NCBI GenBank assembly: GCA_027295705.1
Contig: JAPUKJ010000091.1
Span: 1 to 62,565, forward strand
Reading direction: 5' to 3'
DNA: 62,565 nt
DNA from: Ignavibacteria bacterium
GTDB lineage: Bacteria; Bacteroidota; Ignavibacteria; UBA10030; UBA6906
Within the stretch, counting starts at the first letter, position 1; every line of letters starts with the position of its first letter. Below are positions 30,546 through 39,466 of the stretch, in pieces. The notes beneath the pieces were generated by a model. It was not told the DNA's origin. It was given only the letters and a program-made list of their open reading frames with translations, and ran no database searches. A program made the translations under genes and the position numbers.

Positions 30546-30726
30546 GCGATTCATCGGCGGACAGGCTTCTCTCTGCCATTGGCGTGGCTTTTCATCGACC
30601 TATGTGAGTACTTAATTAATAAAGTTTGAGATTACATGAATACTGACGGTAAGGCGCGTGAGGGGAGACCCGTATCAGTTGGTTGTGAGCAGAGCAGTCC
30701 GGAAAACATCTCTAAAGAGATGCGTT

Positions 30727-30957
30727 ATGAGATAGTTCCGCGAATTTGTTGCGAAGCACCTTGTCGATCAACTGGAACTGGTGGCGCTCGAGCACGAAGA
30801 GAAGGACAACAGAGTCGTCTTCAGGTGGAAAGTTGGTGAGGACGATGTGGGCAAGGTGATAGGAAGGGGAGGCCGGGCTGCTCAGGCAATTCGAACGCTC
30901 CTGGTTGCGGTTGCGGTGAAAGAGGGTAAACGGGTAATTGTGGAAATCGCCGATTGA
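30727..30957 (+). pseudogene. KH-domain RNA-binding protein (YlqC/UPF0109 family) interrupted by an in-frame TAG at codon 3
   Basis: Frame reads M R * F R E F V A K H L V D Q...EDDVGKVIGRGGRAAQAIRTLLVAVAVKEGKRVIVEIAD*. GxxG KH motif plus the conserved M-K-E-L-V-E-F-I-A-K-x-L-V-D-type N-terminus, with TAG (30733-30735) where family members carry Glu. Canonical position between rpsP and rimM. The first clean downstream start (GTG 30781) would give only 58 aa lacking the first helix. Confidence 0.6.
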
Positions 30958-31475
30958 GTAGATCGAGTCGCACCCTATATGCTGTTGGCAAGATTGTTAA
31001 GGCGTTTGGGATCAACGGCGAGGTAGTTGTTAACTTAATGACTGATTCTCCAGCGCGTTTCAAAACACTGGAGAGGGTGCTGATCGGGAGAAACGACAGT
31101 GATGTGGAGGAGACGACAGTTGAGTACGCTACTATTGGAACTCGAGGCGTCAGGGTGAAGTTAACAAACGTTCATGATCGGTCGGGCGCTGAAGGAATCA
31201 TCGGTTCGTTCGTGTTCGTCGGCGAGAAAGATCGTATTCGTGTACCCAAAGGAAAGTACTTTGTCCATGACATTATCGGGTTGGAGGTTGTAGATCAAGA
31301 CGAGAATTTGATCGGTACAGTCAAGGATGTTCTTAACCTCCCTGCACACGACGTGTATGTGTTGGATTCTGGCGGTCGTGAAGTCATGGTACCTGCAGTG
31401 AATGAATTTATCCAGAAGATTGATTTAGAAGCCAGAATCATAAGAGTGAGACTTATTGAGGGTATGGTGGAATAA
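30954..31475 (+). CDS. rimM: 16S rRNA processing protein RimM
   Basis: VGKIVKAFGINGEVVV, PRC-barrel C-terminus; operon position. TTG start overlaps the KH stop. Confidence 0.85.
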   Translation: MSRSSRTLYAVGKIVKAFGINGEVVVNLMTDSPARFKTLERVLIGRNDSDVEETTVEYATIGTRGVRVKLTNVHDRSGAEGIIGSFVFVGEKDRIRVPKGKYFVHDIIGLEVVDQDENLIGTVKDVLNLPAHDVYVLDSGGREVMVPAVNEFIQKIDLEARIIRVRLIEGMVE

Positions 31476-31477
31476 GG

Positions 31478-32158
31478 ATGCGGATAGATGTGGTCACAGG
31501 ATTGCCTAGGTTGCTTTTCAGTCCCTTGAACGAAAGCATTATCAAGCGTGCACAGGATAAGAAATGTGTGGAGATTGTGATTCACGATCTTCGTGACTAC
31601 ACGACCGATAAGCACAAGACGATTGATGACACCCCATACGGCGGTGGCTCGGGGATGATCTTGATACCGGAGCCTGTGTTCGCGAGCATCGAAGGACTAA
31701 AGGGCGAGCGTACGTACGACGAGATCATCTATCTCTCCGCAGATGGAGAGCGGTTTACGCAGCAGATGGCAAACGAACTTTCAATAAAGGAGAACTTGCT
31801 GCTCCTGTGTGGGCACTACAAAGGGATCGATGAGCGGATTCGTGAAATACTTATCACGAGGGAGGTTTCAGTAGGTGACTATGTGCTCACCGGAGGAGAG
31901 CTTGCTGCTCTTGTGGTTATCGATGCGGTCGTACGATTGATTCCGGGAGTGCTAAATGACGGTGAATCACTACTGAATGATTCCTTCCAAAACAATCTTC
32001 TTGATGCACCTCAATATACCCGGCCAGCAGAGTTTCGGGGGATGAAAGTACCCGAGGTACTTCTCTCGGGTAACCATAAGAAGATCTCTGCGTGGCGTGC
32101 TGAACAGCAGCACAAACGTACGACTGAGCGTCGCAAGGATTTGTTGGAAGATTCATAG
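31478..32158 (+). CDS. trmD: tRNA (guanine37-N1)-methyltransferase
   Basis: [65 protein letters not shown]. Confidence 0.96.
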   Translation: MRIDVVTGLPRLLFSPLNESIIKRAQDKKCVEIVIHDLRDYTTDKHKTIDDTPYGGGSGMILIPEPVFASIEGLKGERTYDEIIYLSADGERFTQQMANELSIKENLLLLCGHYKGIDERIREILITREVSVGDYVLTGGELAALVVIDAVVRLIPGVLNDGESLLNDSFQNNLLDAPQYTRPAEFRGMKVPEVLLSGNHKKISAWRAEQQHKRTTERRKDLLEDS

Positions 32159-32184
32159 AACATACTCATACTTGGAGAATAGAA

Positions 32185-32526
32185 ATGGATAAATTGAAAT
32201 TAGTCGAAGCAACACAGATGAAAAGTAACATTCCCGCATTCGCTTCCGGTGATACGATTAACGTGCATGTCCGTGTAGTGGAAGGTGATAAGGAACGGAT
32301 CCAGCAATTCCAGGGAATTGTTATCGGGCGTCATGGGTCCGGGATGAATGCTACATTCACTGTTCGAAAGATTTCTGATGGAGTGGGGGTTGAACGCATA
32401 TTTCCTCTTCATTCCCCGCGCATCTCAAAGATTGAGAAAATAAAAGAAGGATCCGTGAGGCGGGCGAAACTCTACTATCTGCGAGACCTTACGGTTAAGG
32501 CAATAAGACAAAAGATTGGTGCATGA
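32185..32526 (+). CDS. rplS: 50S ribosomal protein L19
   Basis: [38 protein letters not shown]...[20 protein letters not shown]. Confidence 0.96.
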   Translation: MDKLKLVEATQMKSNIPAFASGDTINVHVRVVEGDKERIQQFQGIVIGRHGSGMNATFTVRKISDGVGVERIFPLHSPRISKIEKIKEGSVRRAKLYYLRDLTVKAIRQKIGA

Positions 32527-32527
32527 C

Positions 32528-33068
32528 ACCTGCGAAGGTGTTCGATACCTGCATTGGGGAGTGAACAAGGGCAGGATCACAACGCCACCCAATTCGGCAA
32601 TTGCCACAGCGGCGTTTGGTGCAAATGATACCTTGATAGTCACCCCCGGTTGATACAGGATCAACCTCCGTCACGATTTCGGATAGTTCTCCCGGGCCGG
32701 GTGAAACCCTACCGATATCCACAACGTTTCAAATCGTTGTACAGAGCGAGGGAGGAGGAGGCACGCCGAGGGGATCGGTGACGCTAGCAGGCGCGGTGTT
32801 GGGTACGTTTACTCCGGTCAGCGGAACCCCCAACATCGGTGCTCTTGTTTGGTTTGACGGCGGAAACGCGTCCATCACTGTCACCTTTCCAGCCGGCATC
32901 GTGTCCCTCGTATCGTATGCGTCTGTGCAGGGCACATGGATAGCGACGCTACCGCAAAGGGGCGCGTGAGCGTCCGGGACCACGGCAACGTTCACCGGTG
33001 TCGTACTCACACACGCAGTAACATCGAGCACGATGACCCTGACCGGCACGTTGGGTTTCACCCCGTAA
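32528..33068 (+). pseudogene. GC-rich remnant of the 3' part of an Ig-like-repeat surface protein gene (one frameshift, one internal TGA, no start)
   Basis: Plus-strand reading with high third-position GC. Frame 2 (32528-32653): ...GRITTPPNSAIATAAFGANDTLIVTPG*. Frame 0 (32640-32969): DTGSTSVTISDSSPGPGETLPISTTFQIVVQSEGGGGTPRGSVTLAGAVLGTFTPVSGTPNIGALVWFDGGNASITVTFPAGIVSLVSYASVQGTW...*. The same frame then continues ASGTTATFTGVVLTHAVTSSTMTLTGTLGFTP* (stop 33066-33068). The 'GSVTL.G..LGT..., ASITVTF.AG..S..' pattern resembles bacterial Ig-like domains. A plus-strand terminator follows. Confidence 0.45.
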
Positions 33069-33095
33069 TTAACTATCAGTTTTGACTTGAGATAT

Positions 33096-33128
33096 GCCCC
33101 GGCTGGATACAGTCGGGGCGGTTTCTTT
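33096..33128 (+). terminator. Rho-independent terminator (orphaned, after the gene remnant)
   Basis: GCCCCGGCTG (33096-33105) / GATA / CAGTCGGGGC (33110-33119), one G.T pair, followed by GGTTTCTTT. Confidence 0.7.
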
Positions 33129-33177
33129 AATATTGTCATAGAATAGTCTACCCGAGAGGATTGTCACGAAATAGCCC

Positions 33178-33487
33178 ATGAGCCTCAAAAAACGCATCGG
33201 TATCGTGAACCGCTTCTATTGTCTTCCGTTGGCGCGCGGCAAGGTCAATCATTGGATGTGATCGTCGACCATTGGATGTGATCGTCGACTCGATGACAAG
33301 TAATGCACTCGAGCTGCGAAAACATGAACTCCATGCTGCATTCGTTTCACCGATTGACTACGCTCGCGAGAGTTCAGATTACAGAATCGTTCCCGGTATT
33401 GCTGTCTCCTCCCGTCAAGCCATTGATCTTCATTTTCGTGAAAGTATCCGTACGATTAACACCCTTGCGGTGGAACTTGCTGATTGA
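33178..33487 (+). pseudogene. Truncated, frameshifted remnant of chorismate dehydratase MqnA-like (futalosine pathway) gene
   Basis: ATG 33178: MSLKKRIGIVNRFYCLPLARG... (MqnA-type N-terminus) hits a stop at 33259. It continues in another frame as DVIVDSMTSNALELRKHELHAAFVSPIDYARESSDYRIVPGIAVSS... (MqnA core pattern) and ends at 33487 after ~100 codons in total. MqnA proteins are, to my knowledge, ~270 aa. recN starts 53 nt later. Confidence 0.55.
33250..33289. repeat. Perfect 20-bp tandem duplication (CATTGGATGTGATCGTCGAC x2)
   Basis: Copy 1 at 33250-33269 and copy 2 at 33270-33289, identical, head-to-tail, inside the mqnA remnant. Confidence 0.97.
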
Positions 33488-33539
33488 ATCTTTCTGGAAA
33501 GATGGATAGATTATGTGAAATTTTGCCTGTTGCCTTCCC

Positions 33540-35276
33540 ATGCTCAAGTCGATTATCATAAAACACTATGCGTTGATTGATGAACTAATTGCGGATTTCT
33601 CCGACGGGCTTGTTATTCTAACGGGTGAGACAGGAGCAGGAAAATCCATTATCATCGATGCGCTAAGCCTGATTCTTGGTGGGAGAGCCAGCGCGGAAGT
33701 AGTTCGCACTGGAGCAGAAAAAGCAATTGTTGAGGGGCTCTTTACCATTGCGGGAAACAGGAAAGTGAAATCCCTGCTTGAGGAAAACGGACTCGAATAC
33801 AGTGACGAGCTTATCATCCGGCGGGAGGTATCAGCCAAGGGTCAGAGTCGTTGTTTCATTAATGATTCCCCTACGACTCTCGCACTGCAAAAGCATGTGG
33901 GGGAGCTACTGGTCGACCTGCATGGTCAGCACGAGCACCAGTCTCTCTTGCATGTGGAGAACCATATTGACATGCTGGACAACTTTGGGGGGTTGAATGA
34001 GATGGTGAATGATTTTCAGAGTGCATACAAGAAATTAGAGGACTTAACAGGGGAGTTGCGAGAAACCCGCCAACGAGAACGCTTGCTTCTAGAAAACCGG
34101 GAGTTCCATGCCTTTCAGATGCGCGAAATCGATGCCATCGCTCCTCAGCTCGGAGAGGAGGAGCACCTTGAGAGTGAGTTGAGAATTCTGGAAAACGCCG
34201 AGGAGCTCTTCGGTACGACGGGTGAATTGTATCAACTCCTGTACGGAGGAGACCGATCAGTCCATGATCTTCTTGTCAAAGTGCAGAATAAGCTTAATGA
34301 TCTGACCGGAATCGACCACCAGTTTGAGGAAGCGGTAAAGGAGAGCGGATCGGCTCTTGCGGTTGTTAGCGAGCTTGCAAAGTCTGTGCAACATTACCAT
34401 TCACAGATAGAGTTTAGCGCGGAACGGCTTGAACACCTACGAGAGCGGCTCGGTCGCCTTGCTCTCCTGAAGAAAAAGTACGGTGGGTCGTTAGATGACG
34501 TCATTGCATATAGAGAAAAAATTGGACAGGAACTGCAACTTGGCGAGAATTTTACTGAAGTAATCGAGAAGCTGTTGCGCGAGTGTGAGGCAGCGCGCAA
34601 TGACTGCGCGCTTGTTGCACAATGCCTTTCCTCCAAACGTCAGGGGGTCGCGAGGAAAATGGACAAAGCCATCGTAGGAGAGTTAAGAAAGTTGGGGATA
34701 CAGAATGGAAAGTTTGCAACTCGGATCAGGCAGGTCGAACTGTTGTCAGATCAAGTATCGAACCGCGACGCAGCTGCACACTACATTAAGGCTGGAGAGA
34801 TGAAGCTCAGGCTCAACCCAAGAGGATGCAATGCCGTTGAGTTCTTCATCTCCACAAATACAGGCGAGGAAGTAAAACCGCTTGCCAGAGTAGCTTCAGG
34901 CGGAGAAGTTTCACGGATTATGCTCGCTCTCAAGAGTATCCTTGCAAAATCCGATAGATTACCAGTACTCATTTTTGATGAGATTGATGTGGGAGTGAGC
35001 GGTCGAGTGGCGCAAGCAGTTGGATTAAGTCTGAAGGACCTATCAAGATTCCATCAGGTCATCGCCATAACACACCTGCCCCAGATTGCGGGTCTTGCGG
35101 ATTCGCACTTCATGGTGTACAAGTCTGACGATGGCTCTCGTGCGATCACGTCGATCAAAAAGCTCTCATCGGATGAGAGAGTTCGAGAAGTAGCTTCACT
35201 TATGAGTGGAGAAGAGGTGACAGAGGCGGGGCTGAAAGGAGCCCGGGAATTAATGAGCGTCTCACGAGATAACTAG
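33540..35276 (+). CDS. recN: DNA repair protein RecN
   Basis: Walker A GETGAGKSII, long coiled coil, signature SGGEVSRIMLAL, Walker B LIFDEIDVGVSG. Confidence 0.96.
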   Translation: MLKSIIIKHYALIDELIADFSDGLVILTGETGAGKSIIIDALSLILGGRASAEVVRTGAEKAIVEGLFTIAGNRKVKSLLEENGLEYSDELIIRREVSAKGQSRCFINDSPTTLALQKHVGELLVDLHGQHEHQSLLHVENHIDMLDNFGGLNEMVNDFQSAYKKLEDLTGELRETRQRERLLLENREFHAFQMREIDAIAPQLGEEEHLESELRILENAEELFGTTGELYQLLYGGDRSVHDLLVKVQNKLNDLTGIDHQFEEAVKESGSALAVVSELAKSVQHYHSQIEFSAERLEHLRERLGRLALLKKKYGGSLDDVIAYREKIGQELQLGENFTEVIEKLLRECEAARNDCALVAQCLSSKRQGVARKMDKAIVGELRKLGIQNGKFATRIRQVELLSDQVSNRDAAAHYIKAGEMKLRLNPRGCNAVEFFISTNTGEEVKPLARVASGGEVSRIMLALKSILAKSDRLPVLIFDEIDVGVSGRVAQAVGLSLKDLSRFHQVIAITHLPQIAGLADSHFMVYKSDDGSRAITSIKKLSSDERVREVASLMSGEEVTEAGLKGARELMSVSRDN

Positions 35277-35280
35277 AGAC

Positions 35281-36735
35281 ATGGCGTTGAAAGTCTACAA
35301 TAGTGTAACGCGAAAGAAAGAGGAATTCAAATCACTCCATCGCGGCTTCGTTGGAATGTACGTTTGCGGGCCAACGGTCTATGGTGAGTCCCATCTCGGA
35401 CACGCTAAAAGCTATATCTCGTTCGATGCGATTGTTCGCTATCTCCGCTACCTCGGATACAAAGTGCTTTATGTGCAGAACATTACCGACGTGGGCCATT
35501 TGTTAGGTGATGTGGATGAAGGTGAAGATAGGATAGTTCGGCAAAGCAAACTCGAGCACAAACATCCTATGGAAATTGCCGAAACCTATACGCGAAGCTA
35601 TTTTCAAGATATGGATGCTCTTAACATTTTGCGGCCCGACATATCTCCTCGTGCCACAGGTCATATTAGTGAACAGATTGGAATCATCGAGCAATTGTTG
35701 CAGAAAGGTTTGGCGTATGAGGCAAATGGCTCTGTGTACTTTGACGTTCATGCGTTTGCCGGTTATGGAAAACTTTCCGGTCGGAGTGTGGAGGAGATGG
35801 AAGCTGGAGCCCGCGTGGCGGTGAAAACAGAGAAAAAACACCCAGGTGATTTTGCACTTTGGAAAAAAGCAGCTCCGGAACATGTCATGCGGTGGCCGAG
35901 TCCGTGGGGCGATGGGTTTCCTGGGTGGCATGTAGAGTGCTCTTCCATGTCGATGAAATATCTTGGAGACAGCTTCGATATCCATGGAGGCGGGCTCGAG
36001 AATATATTCCCTCATCACGAGTGCGAGATTGCGCAGAGCGAGGGTGCAACGGGTAAGTCGTTTGTAAAGTATTGGCTACACAATAATATGGTGACCGTGG
36101 ATGGCCGGAAAATGGGGAAATCACTCGGCAACTTCACAACTCTCAAGGACGCGTTTACAAAATGGAGGCCAGAGGTAATTCGCTTCTTTATTTTGCAGAG
36201 TCATTACCGCAGCACATTGGATTTCAGCACGGACGCGGTGGACAGTGCGGCAAAAGGACTGGAGAAGCTGACGAATACATTGGTCAACCTTCAAGAGAAG
36301 ATAAGGATCTCGCAAGGTGAAGGCACGCCCGCATCTGTCGACCTAGTGAACTTCAAAACAGGATTCCTTTCTGCGATGGATGATGACTTCAATACTCCTC
36401 AGGCTATTGCGGTTCTGTTCGATCTGGCACGCGAGGTAAATCAGTATCTCGGTCAGAACATTCGATTCGACTCTACTTCATTGGGAAAGATTCACAAATT
36501 GTTTCTAGAATTAGGCGGTGAAATTCTCGGGGTGCTCTCCAGTGCTGAGAAGACTTCAACTACAACGGACGGTCGGTTAGAGGGAGACCTTATGAATCTT
36601 ATCATTGACCTGCGGCAAGAAGTACGGGCGAAAAGAATGTGGCCATTGGCCGACAAGATTCGCGATTCGCTCGCCAAACTGGGCATCGCGCTGGAAGATA
36701 AGACGGAGGGAACGTCTTGGAAGAAGATATCCTAG
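35281..36735 (+). CDS. cysS: Cysteine--tRNA ligase
   Basis: HIGH-type motif (ESHLGHAKSY), GWHVECS, KMGKSLGN (KMSKS), Zn-binding Cys/His pattern. Confidence 0.97.
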   Translation: MALKVYNSVTRKKEEFKSLHRGFVGMYVCGPTVYGESHLGHAKSYISFDAIVRYLRYLGYKVLYVQNITDVGHLLGDVDEGEDRIVRQSKLEHKHPMEIAETYTRSYFQDMDALNILRPDISPRATGHISEQIGIIEQLLQKGLAYEANGSVYFDVHAFAGYGKLSGRSVEEMEAGARVAVKTEKKHPGDFALWKKAAPEHVMRWPSPWGDGFPGWHVECSSMSMKYLGDSFDIHGGGLENIFPHHECEIAQSEGATGKSFVKYWLHNNMVTVDGRKMGKSLGNFTTLKDAFTKWRPEVIRFFILQSHYRSTLDFSTDAVDSAAKGLEKLTNTLVNLQEKIRISQGEGTPASVDLVNFKTGFLSAMDDDFNTPQAIAVLFDLAREVNQYLGQNIRFDSTSLGKIHKLFLELGGEILGVLSSAEKTSTTTDGRLEGDLMNLIIDLRQEVRAKRMWPLADKIRDSLAKLGIALEDKTEGTSWKKIS

Positions 36736-36751
36736 AAAGCCTGACGGTGAC

Positions 36752-38338
36752 GTGGAATCACTTAAGATAATTGCCAACGCTTTTGTGTTAACGTGCGACC
36801 GGGACAACCGAGGGGGACGTTACAACCTTTTCATTCGCGACGGCCGCATTGCTGAGATTTCCGATAGTCTTGACTTGTTCACATCGCTGCATCCCTACGC
36901 GACCATTGTGGATGCCAAAAACAAGCTCATTATTCCAGGCTTTGTAAATGCTCACTTCCACCCCGATAGCATTCTGTTGAGAGATCGAACGGAAGGAGTG
37001 CACTTCAGCTTGTGGGAGCAGGATATACGTTTTCACGAATGTTCTCGCAAGCTTTTGGAGGCTTCGAGCTATGACGACCTCCGCAGTTTGTATCTTGCCG
37101 TCTATTTTAGCCACCTTAAATCTGGTACTACATGCGTGGGTGATTTTTGCCCGCGAGTCAGTGAACAGGGACTGGGGCATGTGTTACGGGCTATTGATGG
37201 AACGAATGTGAAGAGTGTTATTACCCTAACGAACTGGGATCAGATTGCGCAGGCAAAAGAATTTGACGCAGCCGGGCGAAGATTTGTGATCAGTTTGGGG
37301 AAGGAGGAAGACTATACTGTTTACAGTTTTGAGAATTTGACTCGAGCTTCAAAGAAACTCAACATTCCCCTCCTGGCGCACCTTGCGGAGCAACGGACGG
37401 ACGCAGACATTATTAGGAAGAACTTTCAGAAAAGATGTCTCGCGGTGCTGCACGATTACGCCGCACTTCGTCCCAGCACTATTCTTGTTCACCTAAATCA
37501 TGTGGCTGAACAAGAGGTAGAAATGATTGCGGAAACAGGAGCACCAGTAGTCGTTTGTGCAAGGTCAGCAGCAAGCAAACAAACAGGGTATCCTTCCTTG
37601 CGACATCTCCTGTCACACAACGTACGGCTTTGTATCGGGACTGATTGGGCAAGTGTTGACATGATGAGGGATATGCACTTTCTCAGTGAACTGCCGCTTC
37701 TTGTTGGCGGGATCCGACCAATTCCAGCGAGAGAGTTGGTCCGAATGGCGACCATCAACGGGGCGTCCGCACTGGGATTATCAGCGGAAATTGGTTCGAT
37801 CGAGCGTGGAAAAAAGGCTGATCTGACATTCTTCAACTTGGAGGACATGCGTTTACCCATGCTTTCTCCACACGCTTCTGCTGATGAACTTGCAGAACTT
37901 CTTGTTCACCACCTGAGTGTGGGGGATATCTCGGATGTGATGATTGATGGGGAATTTTATGTAAGCAATCGTCAGATCATGACGATGTCGGAAGAAGACA
38001 TCATCGAGGGATTTCGCGCGATACGTGAGAGATTCTATACTGTACCTGGAAAGAAACGTGTGCGGACGGAGCGCGTACAATTGGCTGAGCAGGACCAAGC
38101 AACTAAGGCAAAGATTATTCCCTTTGTGTCTGAGACGCGTCGCATGGAAGAGGAAGCAGAGGGTTTTGTTGAAGGGTTTTCGGTCGTAAAAGAATCAGAT
38201 GAGAGTATCGACGTTCAGAAAAGCTCTCTGAATTCACCAAAGCCGTCGTCATTATCCCCTGACGAGAACGAACCACCTTCAAAGGGAGACTTTTCTGAAA
38301 AGTCCAAGCGGGTCTTTGGTGAAGACGAAGAGTTGTAG
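36752..38338 (+). CDS. Amidohydrolase-family protein (chlorohydrolase/aminohydrolase-like) with acidic disordered C-terminal tail
   Basis: From GTG 36752: ESLKIIANAFVLTCDR...GRIAEI. Metal motif IIPGFVNAHFHPDS. Late HL..., TDW and GSIERGKKADL motifs. The last ~90 aa are E/D/S/P-rich. The track start at 36605 would overlap cysS by 131 nt. Confidence 0.8.
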   Translation: MESLKIIANAFVLTCDRDNRGGRYNLFIRDGRIAEISDSLDLFTSLHPYATIVDAKNKLIIPGFVNAHFHPDSILLRDRTEGVHFSLWEQDIRFHECSRKLLEASSYDDLRSLYLAVYFSHLKSGTTCVGDFCPRVSEQGLGHVLRAIDGTNVKSVITLTNWDQIAQAKEFDAAGRRFVISLGKEEDYTVYSFENLTRASKKLNIPLLAHLAEQRTDADIIRKNFQKRCLAVLHDYAALRPSTILVHLNHVAEQEVEMIAETGAPVVVCARSAASKQTGYPSLRHLLSHNVRLCIGTDWASVDMMRDMHFLSELPLLVGGIRPIPARELVRMATINGASALGLSAEIGSIERGKKADLTFFNLEDMRLPMLSPHASADELAELLVHHLSVGDISDVMIDGEFYVSNRQIMTMSEEDIIEGFRAIRERFYTVPGKKRVRTERVQLAEQDQATKAKIIPFVSETRRMEEEAEGFVEGFSVVKESDESIDVQKSSLNSPKPSSLSPDENEPPSKGDFSEKSKRVFGEDEEL

Positions 38339-38470
38339 CACATTGAAACGATATTGTGTGGTTGAACCTTTCGAGTTTTCTTCGGTGTTTGTAAGGGCGC
38401 TCTTTTCTCTTATATGTTCTCTTTCAGCTGGTATATTCCTCCTTTTCGTTCAAGTTAATATGTGTAAACT

Positions 38471-39250
38471 GTGATGTTGAAGGGGCAACGAATCCTCCTA
38501 GTACTTTTTCTTACTGTTAACCTCCTTGGGCAATCCCACGGACAAGGCTCGGCGGGCACAAACGGAGATGCAGAACTGAGGTACTTGGTTGACATTCCGA
38601 CGGCCGGAATGCTTCAGAAAGGCAGCATCGTGCTTGATGTAGATTTCTACCAAGAGGGAGGTGTGCTTTTAGGGGTCTCGCTGGGTGTGTTAGACAGGTT
38701 GAGTTTCGGAATTTCCTATGGTGGTTCAAAACTCATCGGTGCTGACAAAGCAAATATGAATTCCGTACCCGGGGTCAATATCAAGATTCGTGTTATTGAG
38801 GAGAGTGTAGTTCTACCGGCCATCGCCATAGGGTTCGATTCACAGGGTAGAGATGGATATATCAAAGATCTGAGCCGTTATGTGATCAAATCCCCCGGTT
38901 TTTATGCCGTGACGAGCAGGAACTATTTACTGCTGGGATTTCTTAGCATTCACGGGGGAGTGAATTATAGTCTTGAACGGTCAGATGATGACAAAGATGT
39001 CAACATCTTCGCAGGGATTGAGAAAACCCTCGGCCCTACTGTTTCTATTATGCTGGAGTACAATCTTGCATCGAACGACAGTCATGCAAAAGCCATAGGA
39101 AAGGGACGGGGATACCTTAATGCAGGACTCAGATGGTCTGTTGGAAGTGGGTTGACGCTTGGGGTCAATCTCAAAGACATCATCAGGAACGGCACTGATG
39201 TAAACGTTGGAAACCGAACAGTTAGGATTGAGTTCGTCAAAGCCCTGTGA
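38471..39250 (+). CDS. Small outer-membrane beta-rich protein, tentatively YjbH-like
   Basis: Signal peptide (RILLVLFLTVNLLGQSHG); LVDIPTAGMLQKGSIVLDVDFY resembles the YjbH-type N-terminal motif. Alternating beta-strand pattern to the C-terminus (RTVRIEFVKAL). Confidence 0.5.
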   Translation: MMLKGQRILLVLFLTVNLLGQSHGQGSAGTNGDAELRYLVDIPTAGMLQKGSIVLDVDFYQEGGVLLGVSLGVLDRLSFGISYGGSKLIGADKANMNSVPGVNIKIRVIEESVVLPAIAIGFDSQGRDGYIKDLSRYVIKSPGFYAVTSRNYLLLGFLSIHGGVNYSLERSDDDKDVNIFAGIEKTLGPTVSIMLEYNLASNDSHAKAIGKGRGYLNAGLRWSVGSGLTLGVNLKDIIRNGTDVNVGNRTVRIEFVKAL

Positions 39251-39466
39251 TTGTTGATAATAGTGAACGACTTCTAGGTCTTTGTCTACAATTATGCACA
39301 ATACCAGCAAAGTTGGCCGTTTTGGGAAGATAGGTCTCTAGGAAACATGGCCAAAAACGACAGCAAAGCGCTGAAGGTGTAAAGCCTTAGAGTGACTGGT
39401 CTGGCACTAATGTTGCAATTACGATTGATACCAAGCCAACCTTTTCACGAAAGTGAGGTTCAAACC

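Noticed and set aside
30636-30839. 67-aa plus-strand ORF between rpsP and rimM
   Set aside because: It is out of frame with, and overlapping, the clearly recognisable KH-domain reading frame. The product (…CCEAPCRSTGTGGARARREGQQSRLQVESW) has no family resemblance. I also considered a +1 frameshift from this frame into the KH frame. The codon-3 TAG explanation fits the family N-terminus better.
32729-33139. 136-aa minus-strand ORF in the GC-rich segment after rplS
   Set aside because: Long open frames on both strands are expected in ~60% GC DNA. Its ATG sits just beyond the plus-strand terminator, so the hairpin (33096-33128) lies inside its first codons. The plus strand shows GC-rich third positions and Ig-like sequence patterns, so I treat the minus ORF as spurious. 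This remains unproven without a search.
36605-36751. N-terminal extension of the amidohydrolase overlapping cysS by 131 nt
   Set aside because: The extension is Arg-rich read-through of the cysS 3' end in another frame. GTG 36752 gives the usual amidohydrolase start (…IIANAFVLT.D).
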